Assembly: GCA_040954595.2 (NCBI GenBank)
Contig: CM082594.2
Span: 4,573,319-4,637,318 of the forward strand
From: Balanoglossus misakiensis
Lineage: Eukaryota; Animalia; Hemichordata
Reading direction: 5' to 3'
DNA length: 64,000 nucleotides
This document shows, piece by piece, positions 1 to 10,499 of this stretch; the stretch's first letter is position 1, and every line of letters begins with the position of its first letter. The notes under the pieces were generated by a model, which was given only the letters and a program-made list of their open reading frames with translations, was not told the DNA's origin and searched no databases. A program made the translations under genes and the position numbers.

Positions 1-852
1 AATGCAAGAATTTTGATTTGGCAAACGAGCTCTAAGACCAAACTTAAACAGATGCTGACGCTTGCCGGTTGCATTCTGTCCATAGCCTGTCTGTTCGTTA
101 CAATCATCACATTGTGCACTTTCAAACGCACGAGAAACCGCCCAGGGAAAATCATATTGAACTTGTCCTTGGCTCTTCTGCTGGCCCAGTTACTGTTCAT
201 AACCGTTCTCGATGTCACCAAGTTCCCGTGGCTGTGCAAAACGGCTGCAGTTGCGTCACACTACGTGTGGCTGGCAGCGTTCTGTTGGATGAGTGTCATG
301 GCAGTAGACATCGTCTACATGCGCGCCAAACTGACACCTGCTAACGTTGGCGGCGCAAGGGTGTTTCTGTACTACTGCCTGTATGCCTGGCTGTTGCCTT
401 TCTTGTTTGTGGGAATCTGCGTGTGCATTGACAGCTTTGCCCCGCACGATTTCCAGATTGGCTATGCTGTAGGCCCTGTCTGTTGGATTGGCCGGCTTAC
501 GCCCCTGATTTTCACATTTTTGGTGCCCGTTGGAATCATCCTGGTCTTGAACGCCATCTGTTTTGTGTACACTGTTTGCGCCATGCTGATTTCCGAACGG
601 GAGATGAAAAAGCATCGCCAGAAATCATACACAGCTGAGCACATCATCTTCTCTATAAAGATGTCAACTGTGATGGGACTGACGTGGGTAATTGGGTTTG
701 TGGACGGTTTTGTTAAGGTCGACGTTCTAGACTACATCTTCATTGTCGCAAACACCTTACAAGGTGTGTTCATCACTGTGGCTTTTCTGTTGCGCACGCG
801 CACGGCCGGGTTATATCGAGACATGTGTTGTAAAACTCGTGATAAAAACTGA
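1..852 (+). CDS. Class B (secretin/adhesion-like) 7TM GPCR, tandem copy 1; 5' part lies outside the window
   Basis: ORF 13..852 has seven hydrophobic segments with family-B signatures (LTLAGCILSIACL, NLSLALLLAQLLF, C..AAVASHYVWLAAFCWM, AWLLP, CWI, MGLTW, NTLQGVFI). About 99% identical to 6007..6858. AATAAA at 1409-1414. Confidence 0.9.
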   Translation, partial: NARILIWQTSSKTKLKQMLTLAGCILSIACLFVTIITLCTFKRTRNRPGKIILNLSLALLLAQLLFITVLDVTKFPWLCKTAAVASHYVWLAAFCWMSVMAVDIVYMRAKLTPANVGGARVFLYYCLYAWLLPFLFVGICVCIDSFAPHDFQIGYAVGPVCWIGRLTPLIFTFLVPVGIILVLNAICFVYTVCAMLISEREMKKHRQKSYTAEHIIFSIKMSTVMGLTWVIGFVDGFVKVDVLDYIFIVANTLQGVFITVAFLLRTRTAGLYRDMCCKTRDKN

Positions 853-1744
853 CGGTTGACGATAAAATTTGTCAGCGAATCTGCTGGGTGAACTTCAGTG
901 CATGAAGTAACGCAATATATAATCATTTCAATTGGCTAGTGAATTTTCTCACATACGTACATACGTATTAGCGTGCGTGAGTGATTTGTTTGTTTGTAAT
1001 GAAAATGTATTCTTTGTGGAAAACTTTTGACATTTGGCGTTTCTAAAATGTTTATGGAGTCTGGCTGGTATTTTGTCAGCAACTGCAGGGAATACACTCG
1101 ATTTTGAAAGAAAACAAGTACATGTGATACATACAATATACTTACCATACAAACAATGTATGTACTAGTTAACTAGTAAAATTTTGCCTCTGTATTTTGA
1201 TAATTTTTTTGTCAATGTAGTTTCCACTTTTTCAGATTTCTCAATAGATGTTAAGAGTAGAGATTTTGAATACAAGATTTTGCAAGACTGTGTCACTACA
1301 TATAATTAGTTGTTCAATTGCAAAAAAAACACGTATTTGTATGCTTTGTGATTTTTCCCTCTTTGTTCTAGTAAAAATGGAGATTCTGTATAAATGTAAT
1401 GTAGTACAAATAAATGTGAGCAACAGTGCCTCCAACCCCTAGTTTTACTCCACTTCAAAAGTCTGGTCTGGTGTGTCCTTTGTTCACTTAGATCAGCGAA
1501 AACTGACTCCCACCAAGGCCAATTGAAGACACAGAAAGACCGAAAGGAAAACGAAAACGGGGTTTAAAATTAATCGACATATAGACCACACGCAACCTTA
1601 CATCCTGGCATCCTTTTCGCTCGGATGAAACTTGTAGTTTTTTTTTCTCTTTGCCCCTGCGCTGATCCCGGCACCTGAAAGGTCGGATTTTTAGTCGCAG
1701 TTGAGCAACGACAGCAATTTTGGAACAGTCATATTTGTCCTTCG

Positions 1745-2190
1745 GGGTGCGCGCATGCGTACGTGTAGTACTAATGCGTCACGTCTTTTATTCTCCCATA
1801 GTCAGTTGCCAGGTTTTTTTAATTATTGCCTAGATTCTTTTTCCACTTTTACATCGAAACGCGTATGTTTTTCCTGTAAACGCCGTTAAATCCTACTCGT
1901 TTAGTGTAGCCAATCAGAGTAATCCGCGGTTCAACCAATCACATTTCATGCTCTTTTTGAATGGCAGTTTCCCATCGTCCGCCCCTTTTCTCAACCAACA
2001 GTCACGTCGAGTGCCACACATGACAATGAACGATAGAGTCACGTGATTATTTATCGTTTTTGACGTTTTGTTGATTATTTTAAACAGCTACATGAAAAGA
2101 CGACTGTCTCGCTCCTAATGTTTTAATTTGGGCCGAGGGAGCAGTGAGTGTAGTACGGACACTGGCTTCGAAGAGCTGACCAGGTAAGAC
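1745..2190 (+). promoter_or_regulatory. Putative promoter and non-coding first exon of GPCR copy 2
   Basis: CpG-rich region with an NRF1-like GCGCATGCG (~1751), CCAAT boxes (~1910, ~1936), a GC box (~1980) and a strong donor CAG|GTAAGA at 2183/2184. A matching acceptor AAG| ends at 3663, 20 nt before the ATG at 3684. Confidence 0.5.
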
Positions 2191-3460
2191 TTGACAATAG
2201 ACGCTCGGTGATTTGTTTTGTCTTCATAGAGATTCTCTATACTTTTTTCGTGTGTTTGCTTGCTTTGAGCGAGTTTCAGGTATTTGAACTGAGTTTCGAT
2301 TCCGGGGATGAGATTCTGTTTTCTCATGTGTTGCCAACGCGATTCCTTGACTTTACGCGCTCACACACGCTACATAGAGAGACTCGGAACAAAATTTTCT
2401 GAAATGTCTTTATAATGAAATAATGAAGCCCATAGACTTGGAGCAAATTTAACTTGACACAAGTGACAGTGACAATTTACGAACCCTCGAACGCGGACGC
2501 TGCCGTCGACACGGCACGCATGGACGCGTACTCGCCGCTTACGTATCCACGCCCGCGTAGACGTGAGAAGTTGGCCCCCTTGAAGTAAGACAGTTTCTGT
2601 CCGTTGAACCTGTTATTTTCCTATTACATTGTACTTTGACCATCAACAGACGACTGGCGAATGGACACAGCAAGGAGATGTGTTTCGGATAAGGAAAAAG
2701 GCAGAGAAATTCACAGGGTTGTCACAAACGTACGTGTAACCCAGTTTGATGCCGAAACAATAGAGTAGATCCCAATACTCTTGTGTTGTCTTAGTGAGTT
2801 TATTGAACTGTCGAATTTTTGTTTTTCTTCTGTGGGAAGATGTGTCCTCGGCCTGAAGAAGCCCATTACTGTGATTGATTCAGAGAGAAATTCAAAGAAG
2901 CGAAATTTTAAGCACATGGAAAAAATTTCGCCAGTCTTTGCTGGGGAGACTGTATCAGTCGGGTTAACGACCCGTGCGAGCGCCCGGCCGGTCGGACGAC
3001 GTGAATTGTCACGATTCAGCGGCTTCCCTGCAAATCAAAGCGCGGTACTCTCGCTCTGTTAGTGGTAGCCTTCCCGCCATTTCCGCCACTCTCTCGGAAT
3101 CCCACCGGAATTTGCAGAAAAAACACAATTTACGTTGGTTTGAAAACAATGCAGCACATTGTTTCGGACATGTTGGCCTAAATCTGGCAATAAGAATGTC
3201 ATGTCATGCCGGGTAGGCCAGTATCGTAAGGAAATCATGCCAATTGCACATTCACACACAGGTCAAAACCGTCCGGACCGTACCGCTGAAAAATATTCAT
3301 TCGCTCGCCACCCACTTCTCGTCTACATCATGCTAATTTATTTCGTTCACTACGAGAGCTCGTGAAACTTGGTCAAGTAGCAGGTTGCTATCCAAGTATT
3401 GTACAAGTCGCGCTTTGTATAAAACTAGTCTATAGGTACAGAGTTAAAGAGGATTATTAC

Positions 3461-3503
<43 letters not shown>

Positions 3504-3529
3504 TTATTTATTTATTTATTTATTTATTT

Positions 3530-3601
<72 letters not shown>

Positions 3602-3606
3602 TATAT

Positions 3607-3653
<47 letters not shown>

Positions 3654-3660
3654 TGTATTT
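3461..3660. repeat. (TTTA)n microsatellite
   Basis: About 200 bp of TTTA/ATTT units directly upstream of the acceptor AG at 3662-3663. Confidence 0.97.
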
Positions 3661-3683
3661 AAGGTTCCGACGACACTCGAGCC

Positions 3684-6600
3684 ATGAGAGCAGTCTGGTG
3701 TTTCATATTCCAAGTCATCCTCATTCATGGAGGTAGACTGGTTGCGTGGACACGAACAACGGGTGATACAACTCCCCCAATTCCAAGTACAACACCTGGA
3801 CGACTAGCGCACCACACCGACGCCCGAATTCCGTCCTACACATCAACAGCCGATCTCGTGTCTGTAGACAATGGTGTCTCCACAGACGAGTCGCTGGTGT
3901 CGTCAACGTCTGAACAAGGCCACCTGCCGTCCGCCACAACGCCTTCCGATGACCCCGGTGACGGACTTGAAGCAACTTTGGAGCCACGGTCGGTGTCGTC
4001 CAGTACGACTGAACCGCTCCCGTTTAACCATTTCATCGACGTGGAATCGCAGGAGTGCCTATACGCCGACACCGGCGAGCGAATAGCCTCGTGTCTCTCG
4101 CCGCACGGGCTGGTCTGCAACGGCAGCGCGGCGGCCAAACTCAGACGATACGACAGTTTCATGTGCAGCTGCGAGCCCGAGTGCTTGGCGCGCAAGGACT
4201 GCTGCGCCGACTACGAAGAAAAGTGCTTCGGTGGTGATGGAGAGCGTCCGCGCCTCGATGAAGTGTCGGGGACAGAGCGTTGCATCCGCGCTCGAAACGG
4301 CTTATTGGACATCATTGCAACTTACAGGTGCCCAATCGGTTGGCCACACGACGATATCCGTCACCGGTGCGAAGACAGCAACGGTAAGGAAAACTAAATC
4401 TTACAGTGCCAATCTAGCTATATATTCGGACCCAGTCCACCAATTTCTTGAGAAATTCCTTGTACGAGCTTTACCCGCAGAGGGACATCCCGTCACCGCC
4501 GTTAAATTATGATTTTTATGCCGTGAAGATGTCTAAATCGTAATATCTTCTTTCTTTCTTCTTTTTTTTTAAAATCCAGATGTGTCGGTCTATGGCGCGG
4601 TGCCAGTAACTGATTCGGCTGGGAACGTGTACACGAATATCTTTTGCGCTGTGTGCCACGGTGTGAACGCGTCCAGTGTACAGTTCGCCTCACTTGTGTG
4701 GGAGTGCAGCACCTCAAGCAGCATCGTTGGGAGGGTTTGGAACAGCGGCAACATCTCCTCGGTCATGTCCGAAGTGAAGTCGGAGGCGGCGTGCAAAGTG
4801 CTGCCGCTAATCGACCCAGCTCTCAGGAAGGAGAACGCCGACTGTTTGCACCCCATTGAGACTTGCCCTCCCGGTTTCCATAACGACACACTCGTCGACC
4901 TTTGTCTTGGCTACACTGCAGTTGTTGCGGTATACGTCATTCAAGGCAGATTTTACGTGTATAAGTATTACAAAAACATGCACTGCGCATTTTGCAATGA
5001 GCAGAACATTGTGATGCAGTGGGTAACGTGCGGCCTACCGCCTTTGAGCCACGTGCCTATTTATCGCAATCCAACGTTTGATGTACTACTTGATTTTAAC
5101 TTGCAAGGTGAACAACGCGTTACTTTTCGGGGGACGGAATTTATTGAGCAGTGGAATTGTGAGGAGCACGAATTCTTTGATATGCTTCAAGAAAAATGTG
5201 TTTCAGTGTACAATTTCGACCGCTCTGGCCCGACCTCGGGCCGATCGACAACGTACCCATTATCGCCGGGTGGGTTAAATCCAAACGTTTCCACGGAAAC
5301 GTTCACAATTTTTTCGATATTTCACATGTCTGGGCCTGCGCAAAACGACAAATGTGGCGGCAACGACGTGGAACGACGCATTGCCCCACTTATCCGAAAC
5401 CTTTTCGAGCAAAATGTTCGCGATATAGTTATACATGTATCCCAAAACCACTCGTCGGAAGCCCCCGGGGTCTGTGCGATAAAAGTGTCTACCACAAGCG
5501 TAGTAGACTCGTCGTTCACGCGGGACTTTTTCCCCGTGGCGTGTGCGGCAAGCTGGGCGGAAGTAGCTCCGGTGTTGTCGGATATGGGCGTTGCTATGGG
5601 CGCGGTCTCGTTCGAAAAACGGGACAGCATTTGCGGTAACAGCACAGACCGAGTGAAAATCAAAGGTGACGTTTTGCACGGGAGTAATGTAACTTCAAAC
5701 GAAGACATCGTGTCCAATATAACATCGCATCCACTGTACAACGCTTCACTATTGCATTCTAAGACGTGTCACTATGAGTCTAGTGAAAACTCCAGCACGC
5801 CAACAAATATGAACATAGAAGTTGAAATGTGCAAGTCGCGAGACAGCTCACTGTTCAGTTGTCCTGGGGGAGTGATTTCAAAAATATTTGAGGGCATGTT
5901 TTGGGTAAGCAATGATGAAGTCCTTTCTGTCGGTTCATCGAGATACCCAAAGGGAAAGTATATTTTGTCCGACGACTTATCCCACGCCTTTGTATGCCAG
6001 GCTAAGAATGCAAGAATTTTGATTTGGCAAACGAGCTCTAAGACCAAACTTAAACAGATGCTGACGCTTGCTGGTTGCATTCTGTCCATAGCCTGTCTGT
6101 TCGTTACAATCATCACTTTGTGCGCTTTCAAACGCACGAGAAACCGCCCGGGGAAAATCATATTGAACTTGTCCTTGGCTCTTCTGCTGGCCCAGTTACT
6201 GTTCATAACCGTTCTCGATGTCACCAAGTTCCCGTGGCTGTGCAAAACGGCTGCAGTTGCGTCACACTACGTGTGGCTGGCAGCGTTCTGTTGGATGAGT
6301 GTCATGGCAGTAGACATCGTCTACATGCGCGCCAAACTGACACCCGCTAACGTTGGCGGCGCGAGGGTTTTTCTGTACTACTGCCTGTATGCCTGGCTGT
6401 TGCCTTTCTTGTTTGTGGGAATCTGCGTGTGCATTGACAGCTTTGCCCCGCACGATTTCCAGATTGGCTATGCTGTAGGTCCTGTCTGTTGGATTGGCCG
6501 GCTTACGCCCCTGATTTTCACATTTTTGGTGCCCGTTGGAATCATCCTGGTCTTGAACGCCATCTGTTTTGTGTACACTGTTTGCGCCATGCTGATTTCC

Positions 6601-6858
6601 GAACGGGAGATGAAAAAGCATCGCCAGAAATCATACACAGCTGAGCACATCATCTTCTCTATAAAGATGTCAACTGTGATGGGACTGACGTGGGTAATTG
6701 GGTTTGTGGACGGTTTTGTTAAGGTCGACGTTCTAGACTACATCTTCATTGTCGCAAACACCTTACAAGGTGTGTTCATCACTGTGGCTTTTCTGTTGCG
6801 CACGCGCACGGCCGGGTTATATCGAGACATGTGTTGTAAAACTCGTGATAAAAACTGA
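3684..6858 (+). CDS. Somatomedin-B-domain class B/adhesion-like 7TM receptor, copy 2, ~992 aa, 2 coding exons (3684-4383, 4580-6858)
   Basis: Signal-peptide-like N-terminus (MRAVWCFIFQVILIHGG), Ser/Thr/Pro-rich stalk, SMB motif CSCEPECLARKDCCADYEEKC (4164-4226). A phase-1 intron GTAAGG(4384)..CCAG(4579) joins ORF 3684 in frame to ORF 4582. Two Cys-rich repeats (CP.G...Y.N..CA.C[HN]) precede the family-B 7TM. AATAAA at 7415-7420. Confidence 0.88.
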
Positions 6859-7503
6859 CGGTTGACGATAAAATTTGTCAGCGAATCTGCTGGGTGAACT
6901 TCAGTGTATGAAGTAACGCAATCTATAATCATTTTTATTGGCTAGTGAATTTTCTCACATACGTATTGGCGTACGTGAGTGATTTGTTTGTTTGTTTGTT
7001 TTAAATGAAAATGTATTCTTTGTGGAAAAATTTTGACATTTGGCGTTTCTAAAATGTTGTTTATGGAGTCTGGCTGGTATTTTGTCAGCAACTGCAGGGA
7101 ATACACTCAATTTTGAAAGAAAACAAGTACATGTGATACATACAATATACTTACCATACAAACAATGTGTGTACTGGTTAACTGGTAAAATTTTGCCTCT
7201 GTATTTTGATAATTTTTTTGTCAATGTAGTTTCCACTTTTTCAGATTTCTCAATAGATGTTAAGAGTAGAGATTTTGAATGCAAGATTTTGCAAGACTGT
7301 GTCACTACGTATAATTGGTTATTCAAATTGCAAAAAAAGTATTTGTATGCTTTGTGATTTTTCCCTCTTTGTCTTAGTAAAAATGGAGATTCTGTATAAA
7401 TGTAATGTGATACAAATAAATGTGAGCAACAGTGCCACCAACCCCTAGTTTTACTCCACATCAAAGGTCTGGTGTGTTATTTGTTCAAGTACTTAACTCA
7501 AGA

Positions 7504-8170
7504 TTCCCCTACAGACGTCATTAACGAAGTTTTGAGTCTCACATCAGGGTGTGTTTCTTTTTTCTCTCTCCCTTAATTGGCCTTTAATTAGATCAGATCA
7601 CGTGGAGTATACGGATATCACTGACACTGAATTGTTACACCGAACAGGAATTTTTGAATGTGTATGTTTGACAATGTCGAGGATGAAGAATACAAAAGCT
7701 TTTATTGTACAAAAGTGTTTTTCTTTTTCTCCCTTAATTAGCATTTAATTATGTCAGATCACATAGATTATACGGATATCACTGACACTGAATTGTGACA
7801 CCGAACAAGAATATTTGAATGTCTTTGTTTGGCAATGTTCAAGATGAAGAACAGAAAAGCCTTTGACAATTTCCCCTACAGACGTCATTAACGAAGTTTT
7901 GAGTCTCACATAAGGGTGTGTTTCTTTTTTCTCTCTCCCTTAATTGGCCTTTAATTAGATCAGATCACGTGGAGTATACGGATATCACTGACACTGAATT
8001 GTTACACCGAACAGGAATTTTTGAATGTGTATGTTTGACAATGTCGAGGATGAAGAATATAAAAGCTATCGACAAAAGCTACAGACGTCATTAACGAAGT
8101 GTTGAGTCTCACAAAAGGATGTGTTTCTTTCCCCCCCTTAATTAGCCTTTAATGATATCAGATTGCACAA
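7504..8170. repeat. Degenerate tandem repeat with ~160-205 bp subunits and a ~367 bp higher-order period
   Basis: 'ACAGACGTCATTAACGAAGT' recurs at 7511, 7878 and 8081. 'TCAGATCAC..ACGGATATCACTGACACTGAATTGT' recurs at ~7594, ~7755 and ~7960. Confidence 0.9.
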
Positions 8171-8625
8171 AATATGCAATATCAAGTTATTACAATAAAC
8201 TTTTAATAAGAGTGAATATTAAATTTTGTTTGCTCCTATCTATTATGTGTATACATGTATCTACGTATGAACGAACATATACATTCAGAATTACTGAGTC
8301 GAATGTAATGAATCTCACAGAAATAAGATTACACCGAGTGACGTTAACGGGATTAAGTTCGTGTTAATCAATCGCATATTTGATATGTTATCTATGTTTT
8401 TGGATAAGTTTGATGTTAAGAATCTCTGACGTACATGAATACACCGGGAGACAATCATTAAAGGGATACAAGCACCTCGAAATTGTAATTGTTAATGTTC
8501 ACTTAAAAGGGCGTAATCTGGGACTTGCCTTATTAGCGTAGTACATGTATTACAGGTGGAAATCTGTTATAACGTGGCTCCCCCAGACCACAGCACATTT
8601 AACCTCTTAAGTCGTCATAGACTCG

Positions 8626-10466
8626 TTATTCATCATTCATTTTCCAAGATTTCAGCATTACGCTATCATATCCACGCTCTTCATTCGCCATGCCTTCTTT
8701 GTCTTCATAGCCAGACGTGGGAGCTGCAGCGGTCTTGGCATCCTGAAAGATTATTAACGCTCTGGTCAACAATGTGCATATTCTTTCTGAACGATTTCAC
8801 AATCCTATCTTGAACCCTTTCTAATATGAATTCCAGATATCCGATGTCCAAATGTCTTTGTACTTTGTACTGATAGTCATGAAGTTTGTCGTCCTAAAGT
8901 TTATACACAACTATTTATTGTTCGACATGCAGTGAAATCATCACCAAGGTCTTCCGCACTGCATGGTAATATTGTGTTATGTTATGTTGTGTTGTGTTGT
9001 GTTGTGTTGTGTTGTGTTGTGTTGTGTTGTGTGGTGTGGTATGGTATGGTATGGTATGGTATGGTATGGTATGGTATGGTATGGTATGGTATGGTATGGT
9101 ATGGTATGGTATGGTATGGTATGGTATGGTATGGTATGGTGTGGTGTGGTGTGGTATGGTATTTTATTGTACTGTGATGTAATGTACTGTACTCTACTAT
9201 ATTGTACCGCACTGTACTATACTGTTCCGTACTGTTCTGTATTATCGTATTGTATTATAGCGTATTGTCTAGCACTGCAAAACACTGCGTCGAATTTCAT
9301 AGCATTCTTTTCTATTTTGAGGACACTAACACAAGCTCGTCACACGTAACAGTGGCGTGTTTAAGACAAATTCTGATCGCGTTAATCGCATGTCCCAATG
9401 TATTCATAATCAGAGAAGAAAAATATTGCAAGTTCTCACTTCCTCTTCCTGTAATGGCGGAGCGCACCATCTGGGCAGATGTTGGCAGCATTGACTGTAA
9501 TATGGAGAAATCACCCGGGTGTTTATATCCTGTGGTTTTGTGCATCCTGTTGGCCAACCAAAATCGTGTTTAGGGAGCATTCGTTTTTTACAGGGAGGGG
9601 GGGGCCGGTGGAATTTGAGTCGCCGACTAAATGTAAAAGGCAACCCCCCCTGGAAATTACTTTTCTAAAATGTGACCCCCCCCCCCAAAAAAAAAGAAGT
9701 TTATCCACCGGATTAAACTTATCAAACTCTTTGTCCCTCTCATGGTTTACTCTGAGACTTTCCAGAGTTGTTTGACACAGTTTCCGGCCAATGTGCGCTT
9801 CAACTATTTTCAGTTTGTCTTTTTTCAGCATCTTTTTCTCTGTTGTCAATTTATGTCTGTTCATGTCTACTGAACATTGTTTTTATTTTTTAAGTATTTG
9901 TATTCTGTGTTGGGAGACATTGTAAACCGAGAATTGAAGGGGGTGGGTTTGGGAAGGGGTGTCCCCCTCCCACGTAAGAAAATTTTTATAAAATACAGAG
10001 CTGAAAGCTGCATTTTAATGAACCCAGCAAAAGCAAATTAACGTCGCCGCTCAAAGTTATCATGAGGTGGGGGCAAGTCCCCTGACCTGGGACACTAGAT
10101 AAACCAGTCAATGATTGAAAGGTGTTGATGAATGGAGGGGGTGGGTGTGGGAGGGGTGTCCCCCTCCCACATTAGAAAATTTTGTAAAATAAAGGACGCG
10201 AAACTGCATTTTTGTGGACTCAAAATAAATATTTAGCCGTCAAAGTTTTCAAGTCCCCCCCTTTCAGTTCCTATATAATAATCCCTTGATTATAAAATTT
10301 GTCCCCCCCTAAAAACTGCTTTGTAAAAGTAAACCCCCCCCTGATTTCCACCGGCCCCCCCCTCCCTGTAAAAAACGAATGCTCCCTTAAGTACAACAAT
10401 TCCATTTTACCTCGCGTGATTATCAATCAAACGAGGTATTGATTTCGTGAGCTCTGTGTGTGTTTG

Positions 10467-10499
<33 letters not shown>

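Larger units (their letters stand above)
1..7487 (+). repeat. Tandem segmental duplication, offset 6,006 bp (1..~1486 matches 6007..~7487)
   Basis: CDS and ~630 nt of 3' UTR align directly; similarity ends after 'ctggtgtg..tt(t)gttca' at ~1486 and ~7487. Confidence 0.93.

Noticed and set aside
3362-3736. 124-aa ORF rich in YLFI repeats
   Set aside because: Translation of the (TTTA)n microsatellite.
69-6932. Alternative-frame and antisense ORFs over the GPCR exons
   Set aside because: Shadows of GC-richer coding sequence; they recur only because the gene is duplicated.
7504-8170. Repeat array as a possible CRISPR
   Set aside because: Eukaryotic context; long degenerate units without unique spacers; no cas genes.
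8932-9349. Overlapping ORFs with VLCC/VWYGM/HTIPY repeats
   Set aside because: Pentanucleotide microsatellite artefacts.
9410-9439. SLC5-A ending by read-through at ...[12 protein letters not shown] (ORF 9410..9643)
   Set aside because: A GTGAGA donor and a homologous downstream terminal exon exist in both paralogs, so the spliced ending is preferred. An intron-retained isoform is not excluded.
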